Shown here: positions 41,986 through 54,212 of the stretch, in pieces
How the letters are laid out: each line of letters begins with the position of its first letter
Position numbering within the stretch: the first letter of the stretch is position 1
Source: an uncultured Verrucomicrobia subdivision 3 bacterium
GTDB taxonomy: Bacteria > Verrucomicrobiota > Verrucomicrobiia > Limisphaerales > UBA11358
Length of the DNA stretch: 64,000 nucleotides
NCBI GenBank assembly: GCA_903875465.1
Contig: CAIQWB010000108.1
Location: 1,725 to 65,724 of the forward strand
Direction of reading: 5' to 3'
Notes under the pieces: generated by a model
The model's input: only the letters and a program-made list of their open reading frames with translations
The model's database searches: none
What the model was told of the DNA's origin: nothing
Position numbers and translations under genes: made by a program

Positions 41986-42774
41986 TCAAGCCATCCGGGC
42001 ACCGCCATAGACCGCCACCTTTGAGCCTTCGGCCAGGAACGCCGAGCTGGGCGGACCTTGTAAACATTCGCCCATCGTGTTTCCGTAGCAGGACCGCAGG
42101 TCGCCGGTTAAACTCGCTGCTTCCGCCAGCCAGACTCGCCACGGGGGATGCTCGACCTGATATTCCAAGGTGGAACCATCCCGTTGGGCTGTATAGCCCC
42201 AATAATGTTCGGCGATGAATTCCGCCGCGGAGCCCCGCAGCATCGGTTGCGGTTCGCCCTGGACGGTGATGGACATTTCATTCCAGGTCTGCCGCCATTT
42301 CCAACTGTAGGCGGCGGTGTGCCGGAGGCCGGGGGCAGGGGCGGTATCCCAACGCTGCCGCATGGGCACGGCCGCGTACGGTTCGTTGTAAACCATCCGG
42401 GCCACCAGGGCGATGGCCAGGCGCGGCACCAGTTCCCGGATGAACACCACGCCGCGCCGCCAGCCCTCCGGGCCCCGGCGCCGCACATAAAAGCGCAGGT
42501 TTACTTCCGCGAAATTACAGTGAAAAGGAATCGCCACGCCCCGTACCCTCGTATGCTGGAACTGGAAGCCCACGACGCTGATAAACGTTTGGTCTTGGAA
42601 AAAGTCCAGCTCGGTGCCGGCGGGGACAAATGACTGGAGAATGCCTGGATCAACCCGGTAATTTAGCATGGCCAGGTGCCGCCATTCCGCCTGGAGAAAT
42701 AGCGGGGTCCGGGCTGGCGGTCGGGCCCCGATCTCATCAATGACCGTTGGCGAGGTTGGTGGTCGGGGCTTCAA
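41986..42774 (-). CDS. DUF2071 (YqjF-like) family protein
   Basis: 262 aa. WRHLAMLNYRVDPGILQSFVPAGTELDFFQDQTFISVVGF...FAEVNLRFYV matches the DUF2071 pattern. The 5' end overlaps the ftsB-like 3' end by 38 nt. Confidence 0.7.
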   Translation of the reverse strand: MKPRPPTSPTVIDEIGARPPARTPLFLQAEWRHLAMLNYRVDPGILQSFVPAGTELDFFQDQTFISVVGFQFQHTRVRGVAIPFHCNFAEVNLRFYVRRRGPEGWRRGVVFIRELVPRLAIALVARMVYNEPYAAVPMRQRWDTAPAPGLRHTAAYSWKWRQTWNEMSITVQGEPQPMLRGSAAEFIAEHYWGYTAQRDGSTLEYQVEHPPWRVWLAEAASLTGDLRSCYGNTMGECLQGPPSSAFLAEGSKVAVYGGARMA

Positions 42775-43060
42775 AATAAATCACCGTTTCATCCGGTCGG
42801 GCGTAGCTGAGTTTTTCCCGGGTGAGGCGCTCCACCGTCTTGGGGTCGTTGCGCAATACGGTGATCTGGTTGCCCAGGTCCTGAGAGATCTTTTGCTGGA
42901 CGGCAATTTCCTTCTGCAGCGTCAAAATTTCGCGGCGCATGCGTTCGTTTTCCTCGATCAGTGGCTTGTAGCACATGAAGATCAAGAGCAAAACGGCAAG
43001 CACCACCAAGCCGACGACTAATTGCGTCAGCTTGCTCCAGATGCCTAGGTCCACACTCAC
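42737..43060 (-). CDS. ftsB: septum formation initiator (FtsB/DivIC family)
   Basis: 107 aa. N-terminal TM segment, a leucine-zipper-like coiled coil, and the C-terminal motif ERLTREKLSYARPDETVIYF. Confidence 0.8.
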   Translation of the reverse strand: MSVDLGIWSKLTQLVVGLVVLAVLLLIFMCYKPLIEENERMRREILTLQKEIAVQQKISQDLGNQITVLRNDPKTVERLTREKLSYARPDETVIYFEAPTTNLANGH

Positions 43061-43140
43061 GCCCTTAGTAAAGCACGGCGCTGGCTGTGGTGCCAGCGGA
43101 TTCTAATGCCCGCAGGCCAGGTTCACGGATCTTGGCCCGT

Positions 43141-43524
43141 TCACCGCTGCACTTTTTTCCAGGTGGCTAATTGGTGCGCGGGGTCAAACCTCAGCCGCAA
43201 CAGATAATCCGGTGTGTTGATGGCGGTCAAATTCCCTCCGCCCATCCCCACTCCCGCGCTGGGGTAGGGTAGGTACGCCCCGGCCCCGGAGACTAGAATG
43301 GTCTGGCCCCGCTGTGTCAGCCAGTCGGCCACCACCGAGCCATCGGTCAGGGTGGCCGATTTTTCCGGCGGGCCCAGCTCAATAATCGCCTGATCATAGG
43401 TGTAATGGCCCACCCGTGCCGGCCAGTCAATCCGGTGCGTGGCACACCCTGTCAGGAGCAATAACCACCCGGCGAAGACCAAGCCGCCACCAGATTGGCC
43501 CAAACGGCCCAAAGTGAATGTCAT
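43141..43524 (-). CDS. lipoprotein, function unknown
   Basis: 127 aa with a lipobox LLLTGC after a hydrophobic signal sequence. Confidence 0.6.
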   Translation of the reverse strand: MTFTLGRLGQSGGGLVFAGWLLLLTGCATHRIDWPARVGHYTYDQAIIELGPPEKSATLTDGSVVADWLTQRGQTILVSGAGAYLPYPSAGVGMGGGNLTAINTPDYLLRLRFDPAHQLATWKKVQR

Positions 43525-43646
43525 ATCCTCAATTTAACCCACCGCGCATCGTTTGCAATCCCCCTGCGCTCCACCGGTGTGAACCCTGAATATTGAATGT
43601 TTCGTTCCCTTTGCCTTTTTGGCCAATACCTTTATGCTCATGGGGC

Positions 43647-44447
43647 ATGGCATCTGTCCCTCCCCTGCTGGTCGCTCCGGTTAACCGCCGTCGCTGGTGG
43701 ATTCACCTGGTGCTGATTTCTGGCTACCTGGTGTTCATCGGCGCGCTGGGGGTGTTGCGCAAACCCTCACATACCCCGGCGTTGTTGCATTCCGCGCGCG
43801 GCCTGCTCCTGGTATGCGGGCTGGAGTTGCTCACTTTCGGGCTGGTCTTTGCCGTGGCCTGTTTTGCTTCCCAACCTTCCCGGGACGATTTGCGCCTGCG
43901 CTGGCGGGGCACTTGGCAACCCGTGCTTTTTGGGGTGGGCTATTCGTTGGCCCTGCGCCTGGCTGTGGGGGTGGCGATGCTGTTGGCGGGCGTAATCATG
44001 CTGGCGGCCGGCTTCATGACGCCCGATGCCTTGCAGCACTTTGTCGCCAGCCATCGTCCCGGCGTGGAGGCGCTGGTGGATATTGAAGCCTTGCGCAACG
44101 ACCGGGTCTACTTTTGGCTCACCGTGACGGTGGCCAGTTTTGTGGTGGCCGGCTTGCGCGAGGAGCTCTGGCGCGCTGCCTTCCTGGCCGGGTTGCAGGC
44201 CCTGTGGCCGCAACGCTTTGGTTCCCGCGCTGGTCAAACGGGGGCGGTGTTCATCGCGGCCATTATCTTCGGCAGCGCCCATTTATCCATGGGTGTGCTG
44301 GCGGCCGTCATGGCCGGTTTACTGGGTCTGGGCCTGGGGTTTATCATGGTCCTGCATCGTTCCCTCTGGCCGGCGGTCATCGCGCACGGACTCTTTGATG
44401 CCACCACCTTTGCGATGTTGCCGTGGGCGCTGGGGCACATGAAATGA
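43647..44447 (+). CDS. CPBP-family (CAAX) intramembrane glutamic metalloprotease
   Basis: Motifs REELWRAAF, FGSAHL and HGLFDA in a polytopic protein. An ATG start is chosen. The ORF track offers a TTG at 43593. Confidence 0.8.
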   Translation: MASVPPLLVAPVNRRRWWIHLVLISGYLVFIGALGVLRKPSHTPALLHSARGLLLVCGLELLTFGLVFAVACFASQPSRDDLRLRWRGTWQPVLFGVGYSLALRLAVGVAMLLAGVIMLAAGFMTPDALQHFVASHRPGVEALVDIEALRNDRVYFWLTVTVASFVVAGLREELWRAAFLAGLQALWPQRFGSRAGQTGAVFIAAIIFGSAHLSMGVLAAVMAGLLGLGLGFIMVLHRSLWPAVIAHGLFDATTFAMLPWALGHMK

Positions 44448-44685
44448 GGCATTTAGAATGGGTTTGCCCGGGCACGCCTCGCCAGCGAGAAACCCAACCT
44501 CCGCCGGGAACGCGAAAAGCAACTGGATCATCCGTTTGCCTGCCAATCCACGGTGGCGCCCCAAGCGGCGGTTCCCGGCAATGAACTGAATGTTTTTTCG
44601 TCAAGCTTCAGACCCTTGGAGCGTGCCGGCATCGGGGGCAAAATTCCCGATTCCGGCGACCACAACATATTCGGTTGATGGGTAA

Positions 44686-47343
<2,658 letters not shown>

Positions 47344-47399
47344 TTTGCGCCCGATGCGCGCGAAAAGCCTGATTTTTACGGAATTTTTCCTAATTTAAC

Positions 47400-50027
47400 A
47401 TGTCTGACGAAACTGAATCCAAAGCCTCCCACGCCACGGGGGGAGCTTATTCCGGCGGCGAAGTCATCGCGCGGATCAATGTGGCGGACGAAATCAAAAA
47501 TTCGTTCCTGGACTACTCGATGTCCGTGATCATTTCCCGCGCCCTGCCGGATGTGCGGGACGGCCTCAAGCCTTCGCAACGGCGCATCCTCTATGCGATG
47601 CACGAACTTTCCCTCTTCCCCGGTCGCAAGCCCTACAAGTGCGCGAAAATTTGCGGTGACACCTCGGGCAACTACCATCCCCATGGGGAGGCGGTGATTT
47701 ATCCCACCCTCGTGCACATGGCCCAGCCCTGGGCAATGCGTGAGCGGTTGGTGGATGGGAAGGGGAACTTCGGTTCCATCGAAAACGATCCCCCGGCGGC
47801 GATGCGTTATACCGAAGCCCGGTTGACGCACCTGGGCGCGGCCCTGATGCAGGACATGGACCGCGACACGGTGGATTTTGTCCCGAACTACGATGAGCGC
47901 ATGACCGAGCCGACGGTGTTTCCGGCGGCGTTCCCGAATTTGCTCGTCAATGGCGGCACCGGCATCGCGGTGGGCATGGCCACCAACATGCCGCCCCACA
48001 ATTTGGGCGAGGTCATCGACGGCATTTGCGCGCAAATTGACAATCCGGCGATCACCATTCCGGAATTGATGAAGTTCATCAAGGGGCCGGATTTTCCGAC
48101 CGGTGGCGTGATTTGCGGGATCGAGGGGATCAAGAATTATTTTACCACGGGCCGGGGTTCAGTGAAGTTGCGCGGCCGCCTGGACGTTGAAGAATTAAAG
48201 GGCAATCGCGAGCAGGTGGTTATCACCGAGATTCCCTACAACGTTAACCGCGCGGCGCTGGAAGAGGCGATTGCCGCCCTGGTGAATGAGAAAATCATCA
48301 CCGAGATTTCGGCGATGCGCAACGAGTCGGATGAAAACACCCGGCTGGTGATGGAACTCAAGCGGGATGCCCTGGCCAAGGTGGTCATCAATAATTTGTT
48401 CCAGCACACGCAGATGGAGGTCAGCTTCAGCGTGAACTCGCTGGCCATCGACAAGGGCAAACCGAAAACGCTTAATTTGCGGGAACTCATTGCCTGTTAT
48501 ATCGATCATCGCCGCGAGGTGGTTTTACGCCGGACACGCTTTGAATTGCGCAAGGCCGAGGAGCGCGCGGAACTGCTTGAAGGCTATTTGGTGGCCCTGT
48601 CCAATCTGGATGAATTCATCAAGATCATTCGCAGCAGCAAGACCAAGGATGAGGCCAAGATTAAATTGCTGGCGTTTGAATGGTCGCGGGCGCAGGTGGA
48701 AACGTGGGGCATTTTGATCCGGCGCGAAGAACGTCTGGTGGGCGGCCGTTACGCCCTGACGGAGCGGCAGGTGGACGCGATCCTGGAATTGCGGCTGTAC
48801 CAGTTGACGGGGCTGGAAATTGACAAGGTGGATGCGGAGTACCGCGCCTTGCTGGAGCGCATCAAGGATTTGCTGGACATCCTGGCCCGTGAGGCCCGGG
48901 TCATGGCGATCATCAAGGAGGAACTCATGCTCATCCGGGAAAAGCATGCCACCCCCCGCAAAACGGAAATTGTGCCGGACGCGGGCGAAATCGCGATTGA
49001 AGACCTGATTGCCAATGAGGGCGTGATCATCACGCTCACCCACGCGGGCTTGCTTAAGCGTACCAACGTCAGTGCTTATCGCGCCCAGCGCCGGGGCGGC
49101 AAGGGGGTCATCGGCATGACGACCCGTGAGAGCGAATCCCCGGCGGACCAGGATTTCGTCGAACACCTCTTCACGGCCAGCACCCATGATTACCTGATGT
49201 TTTTTACGAACCGCGGGCGGGTGTATGTGGAACGCGTGCATGAGATTCCGGACCTTGGCCGCACCTCCAAAGGCAAAAACATTGCGAATCTTTTGGAATT
49301 GCAGGCCGATGAGAAAGTGGCGGCTTTGATTCGCATCCAATCCAAACTGGATGAGAACAAAAAGGACACGACCTGGCAGCAACTGGGTGAATTGTTCTTC
49401 ACCACCCGCCTCGGCACGGTGAAGAAAACCACCCTTAGCGAATTTTGCAATGTCCGCAAGGGCGGCATCATTGCCATCGGCATTGAGTCCGGCGACACGT
49501 TGATTGATGTCAAACTGACCACGGGTTTGAATGAGGTGGTGATCATCACCAAGGACGGGATGAGCATCCGGTTTAATGAGTCGGAAGTGCGCTCCATGGG
49601 CCGGCCGGCCAGCGGGGTCAAGGGCATTACCCTCGAACCCGGGGATGCCGTGGTGGCCGCCGCCGTGGTGGTGCCCGATGCCTCCCTGCTGGTGGCGGGT
49701 GACCAGGGCATTGGCAAACGCACGGATTTCGGTGAATACCGCATTCAATCCCGCAGCGGCAAAGGCATTATCACCATGAAAACGGGCGATAAAACCGGCA
49801 AGGTGATCGGGGCGTTGACGGTCCGGGAGAACGACGAAATCATGCTGATCACCGTGAGCGGGCAGATGGTGCGCACCAATGTAAAAGATATCCGTGAGGC
49901 CGGTCGCAACACCATGGGGGTGAAGCTGGTGAACCTGGATGCGGGCGACAAGTTACAGGCGATTGCCCCGGTGATCAGTGAGCCAGCGGACGAAGTGGTC
50001 GCGGAATTGCCGGCCAACCCGGCGTAA
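47400..50027 (+). CDS. gyrA: DNA gyrase subunit A
   Basis: 875 aa. DGLKPSQRRILYAM, the QRDR-like GDTSGNYHPHGEAVIY, the catalytic AAMRYTEARL, and C-terminal beta-pinwheel repeats with a GyrA-box-like QRRGGKG. Confidence 0.95.
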   Translation: MSDETESKASHATGGAYSGGEVIARINVADEIKNSFLDYSMSVIISRALPDVRDGLKPSQRRILYAMHELSLFPGRKPYKCAKICGDTSGNYHPHGEAVIYPTLVHMAQPWAMRERLVDGKGNFGSIENDPPAAMRYTEARLTHLGAALMQDMDRDTVDFVPNYDERMTEPTVFPAAFPNLLVNGGTGIAVGMATNMPPHNLGEVIDGICAQIDNPAITIPELMKFIKGPDFPTGGVICGIEGIKNYFTTGRGSVKLRGRLDVEELKGNREQVVITEIPYNVNRAALEEAIAALVNEKIITEISAMRNESDENTRLVMELKRDALAKVVINNLFQHTQMEVSFSVNSLAIDKGKPKTLNLRELIACYIDHRREVVLRRTRFELRKAEERAELLEGYLVALSNLDEFIKIIRSSKTKDEAKIKLLAFEWSRAQVETWGILIRREERLVGGRYALTERQVDAILELRLYQLTGLEIDKVDAEYRALLERIKDLLDILAREARVMAIIKEELMLIREKHATPRKTEIVPDAGEIAIEDLIANEGVIITLTHAGLLKRTNVSAYRAQRRGGKGVIGMTTRESESPADQDFVEHLFTASTHDYLMFFTNRGRVYVERVHEIPDLGRTSKGKNIANLLELQADEKVAALIRIQSKLDENKKDTTWQQLGELFFTTRLGTVKKTTLSEFCNVRKGGIIAIGIESGDTLIDVKLTTGLNEVVIITKDGMSIRFNESEVRSMGRPASGVKGITLEPGDAVVAAAVVVPDASLLVAGDQGIGKRTDFGEYRIQSRSGKGIITMKTGDKTGKVIGALTVRENDEIMLITVSGQMVRTNVKDIREAGRNTMGVKLVNLDAGDKLQAIAPVISEPADEVVAELPANPA

Positions 50028-50114
50028 GGGAAGCACGGACGGCTGGAAAAATAGTCTGCAAGATTATGCCGTGGCGGGAGTATATGGCTGGAAATGCTGG
50101 ATTTAAGTCGACCC

Positions 50115-50984
50115 ATGAAAAAAATCATCGCCCTTCTGGCTGCTTTGTGCACGGCCCATGCCGGCCTGGCGGATAATCTTTCCCGCCCCGTCACCAATTC
50201 CGTCGTCCTAGTGACCAGCGGTTCCAACGCGGTGGTGCGTATCAGCCAGGGTACAAATTCGGTGCTGCTGCCCACACAGGGAGCCAATACCCTGATTCAG
50301 ATTGTCCAGATTACCAATCTGCCGCCGGTGATCATTACTTACCCGTGGATCAGTTCGGTGGCCGCCGGTTTGACCATCACGCGCGGCAATAGCGACACCA
50401 CTTTGTTCACTGCCAAAGTGCAAACCCAAAAAAAGCATGAGCCCAATGAATGGTTGTTTGAAGCGGATGGTTCTTATGGCGTGAACAATTCCGTGCTCAG
50501 TGAAGACAGCTTGCATGGCTCGGGCCAGTTCAACCACCTCTTTAACGAGCGCCTGTATGGGTTTGGCAACGCCGATGCCCTGCATGATGGCATTCAGGAT
50601 CTTAAATACCGGCTCTCGCTGAGTCCCGGCACGGGATATTATGTTGTAAAAACCAAACCCACATCGCTTACGATCGAAGTTGGTCCCGGATTTGTTTCCG
50701 AGCGGCGCGGTGACACGGATGAAAGTTACTTGAGCATGCGTCTGGCGGAGCATTTTGAGCAGCGGTTGAGCAATTCCGCCCGCCTATGGGAAAAGGCGGA
50801 GCTGACCCCCCAGGTCAGCAAGCTGGATAATTACATTGCCTATGCTGAAATCGGCGTGGAATCCGCCATTACCCGGCGGTTGAGCCTGCAAGTCACGCTG
50901 AATGACGATTACGCCAATGTCCCCGCGGATGGTCGGAAAAAAAATGACCTCAAGCTGATCAGCAGCATCGTCTTTAAATTCTAA
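50115..50984 (+). CDS. DUF481 (YdiY-like) outer-membrane beta-barrel protein
   Basis: Signal peptide MKKIIALLAALCTAHA. The TRGNSDTT motif and alternating beta-strand pattern end in ISSIVFKF, a C-terminal aromatic residue typical of OMPs. Confidence 0.7.
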   Translation: MKKIIALLAALCTAHAGLADNLSRPVTNSVVLVTSGSNAVVRISQGTNSVLLPTQGANTLIQIVQITNLPPVIITYPWISSVAAGLTITRGNSDTTLFTAKVQTQKKHEPNEWLFEADGSYGVNNSVLSEDSLHGSGQFNHLFNERLYGFGNADALHDGIQDLKYRLSLSPGTGYYVVKTKPTSLTIEVGPGFVSERRGDTDESYLSMRLAEHFEQRLSNSARLWEKAELTPQVSKLDNYIAYAEIGVESAITRRLSLQVTLNDDYANVPADGRKKNDLKLISSIVFKF

Positions 50985-51170
50985 AGCGCCTCCATGCGGG
51001 TTACGGTCCCGACCATTTTCAAGGCTTGATTCGTATTGATTCGCTTTGACTGATGAGGAAAGCCGGGCGGCCAACCAGGGTTTACCGGACCACCAGGGCC
51101 CGGGTTTGATCCGCGAATTTCGCCAAGGAGCGCCAATTTTTGAGGCCGGAATTTAGGATGTCAAAGAACG

Positions 51171-51361
51171 GGGCGCTGGGCAATCTGGCCCCCCAAAAAA
51201 ATATTTGCTGCAAGTTACCGTAATTCACCGTAAGTCCTGCCCGGGAGACAAGGCTTGGCGCGCACTGCGGCGAACCGGCAGGGAACGCCGGGTTCGATTA
51301 CCCGGAGGGGCGGGTTGAACGACTTTCTTAAAATAGCATCGGATGATGAGTTGTCAAGTGG
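51171..51361 (-). ncRNA. candidate small RNA gene / conserved noncoding element, copy B (paralogue of 12612..12860)
   Basis: Boxes: GGGCGCTGGG (51171..51180), TGCAAGTTACCGTAATTCACC (51209..51229, 20/21 identical to copy A) and AAAATAGCATCGGATGATGAGTTGTCAAGTGG (51330..51361, 27/32 identical). On the minus strand the last box reads TTGACA-N16-TATTTT. The minus-strand RNA would contain GC-rich hairpins (CCGGGU-aaucga-ACCCGG) and a U7 run (51194..51200). No ORF. Confidence 0.4.
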
Positions 51362-51442
51362 GTTGGGGCTAGAAAAGACTGCCCAGGCGCCCCGGCGCGA
51401 GAGGGGGCAAATACTGATACATGGCGGAGTGGTGGCGGTTGG

Positions 51443-53762
51443 TTAAGGTACCTCCTTTACCCCGGCGGGGTGGGCTTCGCTCAATGCGAGGGCACGGCGC
51501 ACAGCCTCGCCCAATGCCTGCATCGTGCAGGGCTTAAGGAGCAATTGCTGGAAACCAAATTGACGGACTTTTTCATCCGTTATGACGCCGTTGTAGCCGG
51601 TGGTCAAAATCATGGGCACCCCCGGCCGGATTTGCAGAAACTCCTGGCCGAGCCGGAGACCGTCCATGCCCGGCATGGTGAGGTCGGTGATGATCAGGGC
51701 AAAGGCCTCCGGTTGGTCCCGAAAAGCCGCAACGGCTTCCAAGGGGTTGGTCTTGGTGGTGACGGCATAACCCAATCTTTCCAATATTTTTTTGTTCAGT
51801 CTGACCAATGTTTCCTCGTCGTCGACAAATAAAATATGTTCCCCATGCCCGGTCAACTGGGGGGCGGTGGCGATTGGGGGGGGGCGCGATTTCGGTTTCC
51901 AAGATGGGGAAATACAGATGGAACGTGGTGCCCTGGCCGGGCTGGCTGTCCACATAGACCGCGCCGTCGTGACTTTTCATGATGCCATGGACCACGGCGA
52001 GGCCCAACCCGGTCCCTTCCCCGGCCGCTTTGGTGGTGAAAAAGGGTTCGAAGATGCGCGTCAGGGTGAGTGGATCCATGCCCGAGCCGGTGTCACTGAC
52101 TGACAAGCGCACATAACGGCCGGGGTGCAATTCCGGGTGGGTCAGGACGAACGCTGGCGCCACGGACTCGACCATGAGTTCAAATTTGAGCAGGCCGGGC
52201 TGGTCGCGCATGGCGTGCCAGGCATTCGTGCCCAAATTCATAATCAATTGATGAATGGCCGTGGCGTTGGCCAGCACCGGCGGAGACACGCTGAGTTCCG
52301 TCTGAATCCGGATGGTGCTGGGCACGCTGGCACGGAGCAACTTGAGGGCTTCCAGTATGATGGGGTTTAGGGCCAACACCCGGCGTTCCTGCTGGCCCTG
52401 ACGGCTGAAAGTCAGAATTTGTTTGACCAGGTCGGTGGCACGCTGGGTGGCGCGCTCAATTTCCCGCAGGGAATGCAGCACCGGCTCGTTGTCCGCCGCA
52501 TCGATTTTGATCAAATAGGCATAGCCGGCCATGGCCATCAGCATATTGTTAAAATCATGCGCGATCCCGCCCGCCAACTGGCCGATGGATTCCATTTTTT
52601 GCGCCTGCCGCAATTGTTCCTCCAGGCGGCGTTTCCCGGTGATGTCTTCCGCAATGCCCGCCACCCGGTAAATTTCCCCCGCCGCATTGTAAACCGGAAA
52701 TCCCTTTTCATAAATCCAACATTCAACTTTATCCGGGCGGGTGATACGATAGGTGGCTTCATAGCCGCCGGTCGCGGGGATGTGGTTGCCGGCTTGCACC
52801 ACACGGTCCTTGTCCTCGGGATGAATCGCGGCAAACCATTCGCCGGGGGCGCCATAGAGACTGCCGCAAGTGCGGCCCCAGATTTTTTCATAAGCGGGGC
52901 TGACGTAAATAAACTCCGTGCGGTCCAGGTTCGTAATCCAAAACACCTCGTTGATGGTCTCCGCCAGTTGCCGGAAGCGTTCCTCACTGGCGCGCAAACT
53001 TTCTTCATTGCGCTGCCGTTCCGAGATGTCCCGCACGGTGGCGATGAGATATTCACGATCCACCGCCACATGGCGGACATTGACCTCCACGGGAAACGTG
53101 GAGCCATCTTTGCGCCGATGCCGGCCTTCGAGGGTGGTCACCCCAATTTGCCGGATTTCCTGGGCCAGCTCCGGCCATGAGTGGGTCGCCAATATCCCGG
53201 CCTCAATGTCCATCACGCGCTGCGTTAACATTTCCTCCCGGGTATAGCCGAGCCGTTCGCAGGCGGTTTGATTGACATCCAGAAAACGCCCGGTTGCCGG
53301 ATCAATCACCTCGATACCGTCATTTGTCCGGTCGATCAAGGTGCGGAATAGCTGCAGACCGGCGTCGGCCTGCTTTTGCGCCTGCCGGATTTGCTTCTGG
53401 GCCAAAGCCTGCTCGACCGACCGCCCCAAACGCCCAATGCGGTCCTTAAGGAAATAATCCGTCACCCCGCGTTTCATGGCCTCCACCGCAGTCTCTTCGC
53501 CCACGGTCCCGGAGATCAGGATGAAGGGAATATCCAAGCCACTGGCCCGGTTGATTTCCGCGGCCCGCAGCCCGCTAAATTGCGGCATGGCAAAATCGGA
53601 AATAATGATGTCCGGCCGCGTTTGCAGGGCGGCCAAAAATTCCACTTCGGTTTCCACCTGCCGCCAATGGGGATCGAAACCCGACCGGCGCAATTCGGCC
53701 ATGACCATGGCCACGTCATCCGCCGAATCTTCAGCCACTAATATTTGCAAGGGGGTGGGCAT
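51443..53762 (-). pseudogene. hybrid sensor kinase (REC-PAS-PAS-HisKA-HATPase_c-REC) interrupted by a frameshift in a C9 homopolymer
   Basis: ORF 51573..53762 encodes REC, two PAS domains and the kinase core up to ...HLYFPILETEIAPPP, then 100 aa of non-homologous tail. ORF 51443..51955, in another frame, encodes ...PPPIATAPQLTGHGEHILFVDDEE plus a full REC domain. The frames meet at the G9 run 51876..51884 (C9 on the coding strand). Removing one C fuses them into a protein of about 770 aa. Confidence 0.8.
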
Positions 53763-53765
53763 GGG

Positions 53766-54212
53766 CTAGGCCTGGTTGGTCCGGTTGATCAGCAGCCAAT
53801 AGCTCCCCAGTTTTTGAACCGCATGGGCGAACTGCGCGAAATCCACCGGCTTTACAATATAACTATTGACCCCCAATTTATAGCTTTCCACGATGTCACA
53901 TTGCTCTTGGGACGAGGTGAGCATGACCACCGGGATAGGCTGCGTGCGGGGATCGGCTTTCAAAGCGCGTAACACCTCCAAGCCGTCCACCTTGGGCAGC
54001 TTCAAATCCAGCAGGATCACTTTCGGGTCGTTCTTCAGCACTCTTCCGGCATGGGGTCCCCGGCAAAAAATGAAATCCAACGCCTCCGCGCCGTCCCGCA
54101 GGACTTGGATGTGATTGGCAAGCTTCGCCCGGTGCAGGGCGAACAAGGTCAGGTCAACATCGTCCGCATTGTCCTCGACCAGCAGGATTTCCACAGCCTG
54201 GGAATCGTTCAT
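53766..54212 (-). CDS. single-domain response regulator (CheY/Rcp1-like REC)
   Basis: 148 aa. [13 protein letters not shown], the phospho-acceptor context [13 protein letters not shown], and YIVKP. The ATG overlaps the stop of the upstream kinase (ATGA at 54209..54212). Confidence 0.9.
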   Translation of the reverse strand: MNDSQAVEILLVEDNADDVDLTLFALHRAKLANHIQVLRDGAEALDFIFCRGPHAGRVLKNDPKVILLDLKLPKVDGLEVLRALKADPRTQPIPVVMLTSSQEQCDIVESYKLGVNSYIVKPVDFAQFAHAVQKLGSYWLLINRTNQA

